Shown: piece by piece, positions 25,809-36,870 of the stretch
How positions within the stretch are numbered: position 1 is the first letter of the stretch
Layout of the letters: every line of letters begins with the position of its first letter
NCBI GenBank assembly: GCA_030390025.1
Contig: CM059432.1
Location: forward strand, 1,426,001 to 1,490,000
Direction of reading: 5' to 3'
From: Squalus acanthias
Lineage: Eukaryota
Length of the DNA stretch: 64,000 nt
Program-made: the position numbers and the translations under genes
Notes under the pieces: generated by a model
Database searches by the model: none
Told to the model about the DNA's origin: nothing
Seen by the model: only the letters and a program-made list of their open reading frames with translations

Positions 25809-26460
25809 GCGAGGGGGCGAGACAGCGCGCGAGGGGGCGAGACAGCGCGCGAGGGGGCGAGACAGCGCGCGAGGGGGCGAGACAGCGCGCGAGGGGGCGA
25901 GACAGCGCGCGAGGGGGCGAGACAGCGCGCGAGGGGGCGAGACAGCGCGCGAGGGGGCGAGACAGCGCGCGAGGGGGCGAGACAGCGCGCGAGGGGGCGA
26001 GACAGCGCGCGAGGGGGCGAGACAGCGCGCGAGGGGGCGAGACAGCGCGCGAGGGGGCGAGACAGCGCGCGAGGGGGCGAGACAGCGCGCGAGGGGGCGA
26101 GACAGCGCGCGAGGGGCGAGACAGCGCGCGAGGGGGCGAGACAGCGCGCGAGGGGGCGAGACAGCGCGCGAGGGGGCGAGACAGCGCGCGAGGGGGCGAG
26201 ACAGCGCGCGAGGGGGCGAGACAGCGCGCGAGGGGGCGAGACAGCGCGCGAGGGGGCGAGACAGCGCGCGAGGGGGCGAGACAGCGCGCGAGGGGGCGAG
26301 ACAGCGCGCGAGGGGGCGAGACAGCGCGCGAGGGGGCGAGACAGCGCGCGAGGGGGCGAGACAGCGCGCGAGGGGGCGAGACAGCGCGCGAGCGGGCGAG
26401 ACAGCGCGCGAGCGGGCGAGACAGCGCGCGAGCGAGCGAGACAGCGAGCGAGAGAGAGCG
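25809..26460. repeat. CpG-rich 20-bp minisatellite (gagggggcgagacagcgcgc), about 32 units
   Basis: 15 perfect units, one 19-bp unit at 26111, 13 perfect units, then variants grading into GAGC/GAGA sequence. Confidence 0.96.
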
Positions 26461-27102
26461 CGAGCAACCGAGCCAGAGCGTGGAGCGCCCACACGAGCAA
26501 GGAGCGTAAACGTGAGAGACAGAAAGCGAGAGCGCGAGCGCCCGAGCAAGAGCGACCGCGAGACCGGGCTACACCATTTTGCTTAGAGCTGGATGACATT
26601 TTGCTTTACCCTGCACTACCAACAGCTCCATGGCAAAAACAAGCATTTTTGTTGAGTTAGACAAGTTACACCTCCCAATATTTTTCAGAACCAGTGATCG
26701 TATTGAATATACACCTGTAAAGGTGGGCCATCTGTATTATATCTTCATCGTTGCTCTATACACTATTTGTACTGTTAGCATGTCATATTTTCAAGAAGCG
26801 ACACACATTAAACCAGTACTATCCTCACGTGGAATTTGTGCTAAATAATGCATGACCACTTAAACTAAAATAGCAGCACAAGGAATGAAAGAGATCAAGT
26901 GAAGCACACCAACTTCCTTTTATATATAATCAATTACTTTCCTGGACTCCCTAAATAATGACATTGAAATTGTACAAAAGTGTTGGGATTTAACTCATTT
27001 CATGCATTATCCACGCCCTCAGCATTTTGAAGACCTGGATCAAATCCCCACTTAAAACAGAATCAAAATATCCCAAGTGACTATACCAGTAAACTACACA
27101 CA

Positions 27103-27462
27103 TTTTCAAATCCCTACATGGCCTCGGTCCCTTCCCTGTTCCAGCCCCACAACCCTCCAAGATCTCTGCAATCCTCCAATTCTGGCCTCTGGAGTATCCC
27201 AATTTTAATCGCTCCACCATTGGCGGCCGTGCCTTCAGTTGCCAAGGCCCCAAGCTCTGGAATTCCCTCCCTAAACCTCTCCGCCTCTCCTCCTTTAAGA
27301 TGCTCCTTAAAACCTATCTCTTTGACCAAGCTTTCGGTCATCTGCTGTAGTATCTCCTTATGTGGCTCGGTGTCAAATTTTGTTTGATAATCGCTCCTGT
27401 GAAGCGCCCTGGGACATTTTACTACGTTAAAAAAGGCACTATATAATTGCAAGTTGCTGTTG
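27103..27462 (+). mobile_element. L2 LINE 3' end
   Basis: Homologous to 212-610. Confidence 0.8.
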
Positions 27463-27756
27463 AAGATTAGAATAACACTTGTCATTTGAGAGTCAAAAGC
27501 ACTTGCATTTGATGTGCTTTATTGATAACTACTTCACCTTGATAAAGATGGAGGAGGGGAAAGGAATCCAGTGATTATTTGCAGTCACTGTACACCCCTT
27601 TTACTGTGTTTGCCCTTTCCTGTTCCAATGTGCATTACCTTCTATTTGTGTCGACATTAAAATCCATTTGGCATGGCTTAGCCCATTTGCTCAATTGATC
27701 CAGATCTTTTCAAATGCTTTTCACCTGAAATGTCATCGAGCCACATAGCTTGGTAG

Positions 27757-28184
27757 CATAGAAACATAGAATCTAGGAGCAGGAGTAGGCCATTCGGCCC
27801 GTCGAGCCTGCTCCGCCATTCAATACGATCATGGCTGATCATCCAAATCCAGTACCCTGTCCCTGCTTTAATCTCCACAGTACACATATCCCACCCTACC
27901 CCCGTAACCCCACGTATTTAATTCCCCCCAACATATCCCATCCTATCCCCATAACCCCACATATTTAATCCCCCCTAACACTAAGGGTCAATTTATCATA
28001 GCCAAATCAACCTAACCCACACATTTTTGGACTGTGGGAGGAAACCGGAGCACCCGGAGGAAACCCACGCAGACACGGGGAGAATGTGCAAACTCCACAC
28101 AGACAGTCACCTGAGGTCAGATTCGAACCCGGGTCTCTGGCGCTGTGAGGCACCAGTGCTAACCACTATGCCACCGTGTTGCCC
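27757..28184 (-). mobile_element. Full-length V-SINE (HE1-like)
   Basis: tRNA-like head (tggcatagtgg, ggttcgaatct), V-domain (gtgtggagtttgcacattctccccgtgtctgcgtgggtttcctccggg), CR1-type 3' tail; possible TSD agcat. Confidence 0.88.
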
Positions 28185-29708
28185 AGCATCAGCACATTTT
28201 GTAATATTGGGAACAGTTCTCTCCAAACCATTTATGAATATCGCAGCGCTAGTTGAACAGACCAACTCTGCTCGTCACCGGTCAGAGCTTTGCCACGGAT
28301 TACCTTTCCTTACCATTGTTAAGACGGTTTTAAATCCAGTTAGTTAAATTGGCCTTCACCTGAACACAGACCATCCATTTTACGTCAGCCACAGTAACGG
28401 TTCCAGCACTGCCTCAACTCACTCATGCCCCAATTTTCAACCCCTCCTCCCACCCCCAATGATGCGGTCTTTAAAAAATGTGCCCGAATACACCATGCTT
28501 TTAGAAATGCAACGTCAAAACTGACTCTTTCCAAATCCTCTCTGTGGAAAAATGGTCAAAAAATCCGACAACCTGACTCGCTCATTTGCAAAATCTAGGA
28601 TTCCTAGGTTCTTAAAAAAAATCATCAACTTGGTCCTCCTACTTTTAAAGATGTGAATCATGACGGGTAAATTGAATTTATACAGCAACCTTTAATATAG
28701 TGAAACGTCATAAGGTACTTCACAGCAGCAGAATGGGCGGGCGCAAGGCAGAAGAAGAATTAGCGGAGGTAACTGAAAGCATGATCAAGATGTAGTTTGG
28801 GAGGAAGCTCTGAAGGCGAGAAGCGAGGTAGCAAGGTGGGGGGGGGTGCAGTGGAGTGTCAGCCAGAGTGGAGGGTTACAAAGGTTTGATGTGATAGCAG
28901 AGGAGGACAGTGGGGCATGGGATTGGAGAAGTCAAGTTTGTAGAGAATGAAGGAATGTGCAAGGGTTTTGATGGCAGTGGGATGAAATAAGTGTACAAGT
29001 GGGTGATGCTGCAGAAATAGGATTAGGATTTGAAGTTTAGATTTAAAAAAAGGACGGCGAGATTACGCAGAGCGTTTATCTCATCCCTGACTTTCCAAAT
29101 GTTTCTGTGTACAGCAAAATGTGGTGTGTTCATCAGTGCCAGTTTGTCCAATTATGTTTCTTTTACTCACTTGACAGCCAGTCAAAAGCAAAACTGAGAT
29201 ATTAAGAGATCCCAAGGATTTCAAAATCAGCACATCATAAGTAAACCTAGAGATTTAGTTCCTCCCAGAACAATGGGTAGGTACAAAAATATTTCAGTCC
29301 ACGTTGCTTAACTTATGCACAAAGAAGCTGGACAAATATCTCATTGAAAATAGGATTGGAGGCTATAGGGATAGGCACAGAGACTGAGGTTATCGAAGAC
29401 TACACAGGATACAACAGACACATTCCACTGGCCTCAGAAGAAAATGGTTTGTGAAAGGCAGTAAAAGCCAGAATGGAGTAGGGGACTTAAGGCAATTTAA
29501 AAATATGCTGGAGGTTTATTTGATTACTGCTGGAGGGGGCAATTAAGAGAATTTTCCCTCGTGTGATTGAATGGAGGGGGCAGTGTCCATAATACGGCTT
29601 GTGGTCTGCCGAAGGGCTTTGTGAGCCAAGTGCTCTTTTCTTCTTCCGAGTTCTCATAGGACAGCCATCTCTCCTCATCTAATTGGGAGTAAACAACCTC
29701 TTTACTTA

Positions 29709-30092
29709 CTGAGGGGAGATTTAATTGAGGTGTATAAGATTACGAGGGGCCTCGATAGAGTGGATAGGAAGGACCTATTTCCCTTAGCAGAGACGTCAAT
29801 ATCCAGGGGGCATAGATTTAAAGTAATTGGTAGAAGGATTCGAGGGAAGTTGAGACCTTTTTCACCCAGAGGGTGGTGGGGGTCTGGAACTCACTGCCTG
29901 AAAAGGTGGTCGAGGCAGAAACCCTCATCGCATTTAAAAAGTACTTGGCTATGCACTTGAAGTGCCGTAACCTGCAGGGCTACGGATCAAGAGCTGGAAA
30001 GTGGGATTAGGCTGGATAGCTCTTTTAGAGCCAGTACAGACACGATGGGCCGAATGACCTCCTTCTGTGCTGCAAGCGTCGATGATTCTATG
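29709..30092 (+). mobile_element. CR1 3' fragment (a second one at ~30560-30847 lies on the other side of the FFAT exon)
   Basis: LRGDLIEVYKITRGLDRVD, RGHRFKV and CR1 3' UTR. Confidence 0.82.
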
Positions 30093-30237
30093 AAAAATAT
30101 TACGCATAATAAAGAGTATGTCTCATGTGCAATTACATAATGGAATCGGTGTTTCCACTTATGCAGATATTTTTCGTCTGTTTTACTTGTAAATCCAATG
30201 ACATCGCTGACCACAACAAATCCTTTACTCAACTCAC

Positions 30238-30400
30238 CTGAAAGAGCATCGTAGAACTCATCATCACTCAGCACACTCTGGGGCGGGGACCCTTTGACTA
30301 ACGATTGCTCAAGTTCATGATGCTCACAGGCCAGAGTCTGGAGAGCTTCGGAAAGTATCTTGTTCTTCTCTTGTTCCTGCTCTAATCGCAGATTGCGCAC
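30238..30400 (-). CDS. OSBPL1A: Internal coding exon of oxysterol-binding protein-related protein 1 (coiled coil + FFAT motif)
   Basis: Translates VRNLRLEQEQEKNKILSEALQTLACEHHELEQSLVKGSPPQSVLSDDEFYDALS, near-identical to recalled human ORP1L (VRNFKLEQEQEKNKILSEALETLATEHHELEQSLVKGSPPASILSEDEFYDALS). Acceptor ctctccccag| after a TC-rich tract, donor CAG|GTGAGT; 163 nt, phase 0 in, phase 1 out. Confidence 0.93.
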
Positions 30401-31436
30401 CTGGGGAGAGAAGGGAGAGAGAGAGAGAGAAAATGAGTGCGGGAGAAGAGAGCACGCAATGGTGGAGAGAGGGAAGGAGGAGAGATGGAGAGAAAGAAAG
30501 AGACAGAGAGGAGAAAAGAAAGAGAGGAGGAGAGAGGGGAGAGAAAAGAAAGAAGTGGCGAAAGGGTGGGTTACCAGAGGACACAGATTGAAGGAGATTG
30601 GCAACAGGGCCAGAGGCGACATGAGGAGACATTTTTTGCGCGGCGAGTTGTTGTGATCTGGAACGCGCTGCCTGAAAGGGCGGAGGAAGCAGATTCAATA
30701 GTAACTTTCAAAAAGGAATTGGATAAATACTTGAAGGGAAAAAAATTTACAGGGCTATAGGGAGTGCGACTAATTGGTTAGCTCTACCAAAGAGCCATCA
30801 CAGGCACGATGGGCTGAATGGCCTCCTTCTGTGCTGTATTATTCTAAGAGAGCGAGGGGAAGAAAAGCAAGTGAAATAAAGAGAGAAGCGAGAAAGAGCA
30901 AGAGAGAGAGAGACAATGAATTGAACATATTTTAAACTTCCACATTCAAAGGATGGCGAGTCAAATCAATAGGGAACCAATCCATGAGTTTGGTGCCACG
31001 AACAGAAAAATAAATCCTGTATGTCTAACCATGATATGCAATCTTCACAGGCTCAACTTCCATAAAGAAAGAAACCCTCCCATAGGTTCAGTGAGCTAGC
31101 TAATGCCCCAATTAAGAAAAAATCAGAGTCCAGGTCAACGAAAATTTCATTATTGGCCTCCCCCAACCAGAAAAGTGGTGTAACCCCAGCCCCCACGTCA
31201 TCAATCGCACAACATACCCCAGAGACAAAGGCAGCCAAGATGAAATAAAGAAAGGTGAGGCCAGCTTTGAATGGAGAAGTACCAATTCCCATTAGGCTTC
31301 ATAAAAGGTGTAAAATGATGCTTCATGAAGCATGCAAGCACATTACCTGCAAGGCAGCAGCATGTCATAATTAAAAGAAACCCATGATGTAGTCACAACG
31401 CGAGCAGAATGAACCTCTTCTCCACATAACCTCGGC

Positions 31437-31533
31437 CCCCTACACTGTTCCAATGAAGCTCGAGGAACAGCACCTCATCTTTCGATCAGGCACTTTACAG
31501 CCTTCCGGACTCAGCATGGAGTTCAACAATTTC
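31437..31533 (+). mobile_element. Penelope-like element fragment (GIY-YIG domain C-terminus)
   Basis: Translates KLEEQHLIFRSGTLQPSGLSMEFNNF, resembling the recalled E..I..L.T..P.GLN C-terminal motif of PLE endonucleases. Confidence 0.68.
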
Positions 31534-32988
31534 AATGAATTACGAATGACTACCAAATTAAATTGTCACAATGAGCAATGCTTTTGGTTCTATCAATATA
31601 GTCATTTCCCAAGAAATTAAACTCAAATACAATTTCAAAACAAAGTTCAGAAGCGATCTTAGAACTGCGCTATCCAAACTTTAAAATACAAGGTGGATCA
31701 CACACAGCCACCCGAAAACAGAAACAAGAGCAAGCAGTGGAACAATTTTTAAAGCAAGCGACTCAAAGATCAAATGAAACCATGGTTTCAAATGGACTGA
31801 ACACGAGTGTCTGTAATCCAAGATTCAGTTTCTAGGTTGGCATTACTCGCTGGTTTCATTTTGCAGGTGCCATTCCTGAGCACAAGTGCCATTCACAGCT
31901 CTTCAACTGAATTCCTTACTAGAGGCAGATGATTGGCAGCCATTGCAGCAGCTTACGCACTAGGCAATAGACCCTGATGGAATAATAAATCCAAATATGT
32001 AAGGATAATCAGAATATCAATAAGGGGAACTGATGGGGGTAGAGAGAGAGAGAGAAACTATTTCCGCTGGTTGGGGAGTCTAGGACTAGGGGAGCATAGT
32101 TTTAAAAATCAGAGCCAGACCTTTCAGGAGTGAAATTAGGAAACACTTCCACACACAAAGGGTGGTAGAAGTTTGGAACTCTCTTCCACAAACAGCAATT
32201 GATGCTGGGTCAATTTTGTTAACCAAAGGTGTTATGGGATATGGGGCAAAGGCGGGTGTATGGAGTTAGGTCGCAGATCAGCCATGATCCTACTGAATGG
32301 CGGAACAGGTTCGAGGGGCTAAATGGCCTCCTCCTGTGCCGATCATCACCCTATCCCCCACTGGGGATCTGTCTCACCAACCAGTTCAAATTTTTTTTTG
32401 AGGCAGTCACGAGGTTGGCAGATATAGAAAGCTCAGACAAACATTGCGCATCTTGATTTCCAAAAAGCCTTTGACAAAAGGCTAGCAAGTAAGGTGGAGG
32501 CCAGTGGAATTAGCAGACAGATATTAGGTGGGTAAGGAACTGGTTGCATTTTCAGACAGAAGGTAGTTACCAATGATAGTCTTTCTGCATGGGGCCTCAT
32601 TACTTGTGGAGTCCAACAAGGATTTAAAAAAAATATTTATTCATTCACGGGATGTGGGCATCGCTGGCAAGGCCAACATTTATTGCCCATCACTAGTTGC
32701 CCTTGAAAAGGTGGTGGTGAGCCGCCTTCTTGAATCGCTGCAGTCCGTGCGGTGAAGGTGCTTCCACAGTGTTGTTAAGTAGGGAGTCGACCCAGCGACG
32801 TTGAAGGAACAGCGATATATAAGAACATAAGAATTAGGAGCAGGAGTCGGCCATAGGGCCCCTCGAGCCTGCTCCGCCATTCAATAAGATCATGGCTGAT
32901 CTTCGACCTCAACTCCACTTTCCTGCTCGATCCCCGTATCCCTTAATTCCCCGAGAGTCCAAAAATCTATCGATCTCTGTCTTGAATA

Positions 32989-35900
32989 ACGAATCGAATA
33001 ACTAGGGCTGTGGAGAGGACTTTAAACTAATTAGTGGGGGGGAGGTTTCAAGAGAGCAAAAAATAAAAATGACAACAGAGAGGGTCATAGACATAGGTAG
33101 CAGTAGGGGAATCACTAATCAGAGCGTGGCAGGAAGGGACAGAGTGTGTGGAGTAAAAGGTAAAGTGGTAAAAAGTGAAAAAGCTGGAACTAAGTGCCAC
33201 AAAGCATATTTGAAAGTTCTCTATCTGAATGCACGTAGCATTCGTAACAAAATAGACGAGTTAATGGCACAAATAACTACATATGGTTATGATATTGTGG
33301 CCATTACAGAAACATGGCTGCAGGGTGACAATGCCTGGGAATTAAACATACCAGGTTATTTAACGATCAGGAAGGACAGGCAGGAAGGAAGGGGAGGTGG
33401 GGTGGCTATGTTAATAAAGGAAGGAATCACTGTAATACAGAGTAATGATATTGGGTCAAAAAATCATGATAATGAAACAGTTTGGGTGGAGATAAGGAAT
33501 AATAAGGGGAAAAAAACACTAGTGGGCGTAGTTTATAGGCCTCCGAACAGTTGCAACTCTGTTGGACGGAGTATCAATCAGGAAATAGTTGAGGCATGTA
33601 ATAAGGGAACATCTATAATTATGGGGGATTTTAACTATCATATTAATTGGACAAATCAAATGGGGCAGGGCTGCCTTGAGGATGAGTTCATTGAGTGTAT
33701 TAGGGATGGGTTTCTTGAGCAGTATGTAACTGAACCGACCAGGGGGCAAGCAACCTTAGATCTGGTCCTGTGTAACGAGACAGGATTAATTAAAAATGTC
33801 CTAGTAAAGGATCCCCTTGGAATGAGTGACCATAACATGGTTGAATTCCATATTCAATTAGAGGGTGAGAAGGTTGGATCTCAAACAAGCGTGCTAAGCT
33901 TGAATAAAGGAGACTATGAAGGTATGCGAGCGGAATTGAGTAGAGTGGATTGGGAAAATAGATTAAAGGGTAAGACGACACATGATCAGTGGTGTACATT
34001 CAAGGAGTTATTTTACAACTTCCCAAAAAAATATATTCCACTGAAAAGAAAAGGGTGTAAAAGAAAGGACAGTCATCCGTGGCTAAGTAAAGAAATTAAG
34101 GATAGTATTCGACTAAAAACAAGGGCATATAAGGTAGCGAAATCTAGTGGGAGGACAGAGGATTGGGAAAACTTTAAAAGGCAGCAAAAAATAACAAAAA
34201 GATTGATTAAGAAAGGGAAGATAGATTATGAAAGTAAATTAGCAAAAAATATAAAAACAGATAGTAAGAGTTTTTATAGTTATATAAAAAGAAAAAGGGT
34301 GGCTAAAGTAAATGTTGGTCCCTTAGAGGATGAGACCGGGAAATTAATGTTGGGAAATATGGAGATGGCAAAAACACTGAATGAATATTTTGTATCAGTC
34401 TTTACAGTAGAGGACACTAAGAATATCCCAACACTGGACAAACAGGGGGCTATAGGGGGAGAGGAGCTAAACACGATCAAAATCACTAAGGAAGTGGTAC
34501 TCGGTAAAATAATGGGACTCAAGGCGGATAAATCACCTGGACCTGATGGCTTACATCCTAGAGTCTTGAAGGAAGTGGCGGTAGGGATTGTAGATGCATT
34601 GGTAATAATTTTTCAAAACTCCCTGGATTCCGCTGAGGTCCCGGCAGACTGGAAAACTGCTAATGTAACACCCTTATTTAAAAAGGGCAGTAGACAGAAG
34701 GCTGGTAACTATAGACCGGTTAGCCTAACATCTGTGGTAGGTAAAATTTTGGAGTCCATTATTAAGGAAACAGTAACAGGACATTTGGATAATCATAATT
34801 TAATAGGACAAAGTCAGCATGGTTTTACGAAGGGGAAGTCATGTTTGACAAATTTGCTGGAGTTCTTTGAGGAAGTAACACATAGAGTGGATAAAGGGGA
34901 ACCAGTGGACGTAGTGTATTTAGACTTCCAAAAGGCATTTGACAAGGTGCCACACAAAAGATTATTGCTTAAGGTAAAAAATCACGGGATTGGGGGTAAT
35001 ATTCTGGCATGGATAGAGGATTGGCTATCCAACAGAAAGCAAAGAGTTGGGATAAATGGTTCATTCTCAGACTGGCAATCAGTAACTAGTGGTGTTCCAC
35101 AGGGGTCAGTGCTGGGTCCCCAACTCTTTACAATCTATATTAACGATTTGGAGGAAGGGACCAAGTGTAACATATCAAAATTTGCAGATGATACAAAGAT
35201 GGGAGGGAAAGTAGTGAGTGAGGAGGACATAAAAAACCTGCAAGGGGACATAGACAGGCTAAGTAAGTGGGCAGAGATTTGGCAGATGGAATACAACACT
35301 GGAAAGTGTGAGGTGATGCACTTTGGCAGGAAAAATCCTAGAGCAATTTATTATCTTAATGGCAAGAAACTGGAGAGTACTGAAGTGCAAAGGGATCTGG
35401 GGGTCCTGGTGCACGAAACTCAAAAGGTTAGTATGCAGGTGCAGCAAGTGATTAAGAAGGCAAATGGAATGTTGGCTTTCATTGCTAGGGGGATAGAATA
35501 TAAAAATAGGGAGGTATTGCTTCAGTTGTACAAGGTATTGGTGAGACCGCACCTGGAATACTGCATACAGTTTTGGTGTCCTTACTTAAGGAAAGACATC
35601 CTTGCTCTCGAGGCAGTGCAAAAAAGGTTCACTCGGTTAATCCCGGGGATGAGGGGGTGGTCATATGAGGAGAGGTTGGGTAGATTGGGACTCTACTCAT
35701 TGGAGTTCAGAAGAATGAGAGGCGATCTTATTGAAACATATAAGATTGTGAAGGGGTTGGATCGGGTGGATGCGGGGAGGATGTTCCCGATGACGGGTGA
35801 GACTAGAACTAGGGGACATAGTCTTAGAATAAGGGGCTGCTCTTTCAAAACTGAGATGAGGAGGAACTACTTCACTCAGAGGGTGGTAGGTCCATGGAAT

Positions 35901-36257
35901 ATGCTGCCACAAAAAGCTGTAGAAGCTACAACATTAATTAAATTTAAAACAGAAATAGACAGTTTCCTAGAAGTAAAGGGCATTAAGGGTTACGGGGAGC
36001 GGGCAGGAATTTGGACATGAGTCTAGGTTCGGATCGGTCATGGCCCTGTGGGTAGTGGAGCGGGCCCAGGGACCGTGTAGCCTGATTCTGCTCCTATTTC
36101 GTGTGTGCAATTCTGTTAGATGCAGGAGATGGTTCTGTGATAGATAGTAGATTGGCGGTTAGGATCAGATCAGCCATGATCTTATTGAATGGCGGAGCAG
36201 GCTCGAGGGGCCGATTGGCCTACTCCTGCTCCTATTTCTTATGTTCTTATGTTCTTA
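32989..36257 (+). mobile_element. Young 5'-truncated CR1 LINE (end of ORF1, intact ORF2, 3' UTR, (TTCTTATG)n tail)
   Basis: TSD tgaata at 32983-32988 and 36258-36263; ORF1 remnant TNRITRAVERTLN* at 32989-33030; 8-bp tail repeats. Confidence 0.93.
33069..36020 (+). CDS. Intact CR1 LINE ORF2 (APE endonuclease + reverse transcriptase), 983 aa
   Basis: Uninterrupted ORF with EN motifs YLNARS, ITETWL, YRPP, MGDFN, SDH; RT motifs PGPDG, YRPVSLT, LDFQKAFD, GVPQGSVLGP, FADD; CR1-type C-terminus (RPHLEYCIQFW, RRMRGDLI). Confidence 0.96.
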   Translation: MTTERVIDIGSSRGITNQSVAGRDRVCGVKGKVVKSEKAGTKCHKAYLKVLYLNARSIRNKIDELMAQITTYGYDIVAITETWLQGDNAWELNIPGYLTIRKDRQEGRGGGVAMLIKEGITVIQSNDIGSKNHDNETVWVEIRNNKGKKTLVGVVYRPPNSCNSVGRSINQEIVEACNKGTSIIMGDFNYHINWTNQMGQGCLEDEFIECIRDGFLEQYVTEPTRGQATLDLVLCNETGLIKNVLVKDPLGMSDHNMVEFHIQLEGEKVGSQTSVLSLNKGDYEGMRAELSRVDWENRLKGKTTHDQWCTFKELFYNFPKKYIPLKRKGCKRKDSHPWLSKEIKDSIRLKTRAYKVAKSSGRTEDWENFKRQQKITKRLIKKGKIDYESKLAKNIKTDSKSFYSYIKRKRVAKVNVGPLEDETGKLMLGNMEMAKTLNEYFVSVFTVEDTKNIPTLDKQGAIGGEELNTIKITKEVVLGKIMGLKADKSPGPDGLHPRVLKEVAVGIVDALVIIFQNSLDSAEVPADWKTANVTPLFKKGSRQKAGNYRPVSLTSVVGKILESIIKETVTGHLDNHNLIGQSQHGFTKGKSCLTNLLEFFEEVTHRVDKGEPVDVVYLDFQKAFDKVPHKRLLLKVKNHGIGGNILAWIEDWLSNRKQRVGINGSFSDWQSVTSGVPQGSVLGPQLFTIYINDLEEGTKCNISKFADDTKMGGKVVSEEDIKNLQGDIDRLSKWAEIWQMEYNTGKCEVMHFGRKNPRAIYYLNGKKLESTEVQRDLGVLVHETQKVSMQVQQVIKKANGMLAFIARGIEYKNREVLLQLYKVLVRPHLEYCIQFWCPYLRKDILALEAVQKRFTRLIPGMRGWSYEERLGRLGLYSLEFRRMRGDLIETYKIVKGLDRVDAGRMFPMTGETRTRGHSLRIRGCSFKTEMRRNYFTQRVVGPWNMLPQKAVEATTLIKFKTEIDSFLEVKGIKGYGERAGIWT

Positions 36258-36439
36258 TGAATATACTCAAAGACTCAGCATTCACAGCCCTCTGGGTTAG
36301 AGAATTCCAAAGATTTACAACCCTGAGTGAAGAAATTTCTCATCTCAGTCCTAAATAGCCGACCCCTTATCCTGAGACTATGACCCCTAGTTCTAGACTC
36401 TCCGGCCAGGGGAAACAGCCTCTCAGCATCTACCCTGTT

Positions 36440-36870
36440 AAACATAGAAACATAGAATCTAGGAGCAGGAGTAGGCCATTCGGCCCGTCGAGCCTGCTCC
36501 GCCATTCAATACGATCATGGCTGATCATCCAAATCCAGTACCCTGTCCCTGCTTTAATCCCCACAGTACACATATCCCACCCTACCCCCGTAACCCCACG
36601 TATTTAATTCCCCCTAACATATCCCATCCTATCCCCATAACCCCACATATTTAATCCCCCCTAACACTAAGGGTCAATTTATCATAGCCAAATCAACCTA
36701 ACCCACACATTTTTGGACTGTGGGAGGAAACCGGAGCACCCGGAGGAAACCCACGCAGACACGGGGAGAATGTGCAAACTCCACACAGACAGGCACCCGA
36801 GGTCAGATTCGAACCCGGGTCTCTGGCGCTGTGAGGCACCAGTGCTAACCACTATGCCACCGTGTTGCCC
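36440..36870 (-). mobile_element. Full-length V-SINE (HE1-like), nested in a CR1
   Basis: Differs from 27757-28184 at only a handful of positions. Confidence 0.88.

Noticed and set aside
25500..26660. 286-386 aa Arg/Ala/Gly-rich ORFs
   Set aside because: Translation of the 20-bp minisatellite; no splice or homology support.
28100..28184. tRNA genes (also ~10597, ~36790, ~48420, ~57500)
   Set aside because: A/B boxes belong to SINE heads that continue into SINE bodies; no complete cloverleaf identified.
29987..30622. 211-aa ORF as a standalone gene
   Set aside because: Only 30238-30400 is exon; the rest is intron, pyrimidine tract and CR1 read-through.
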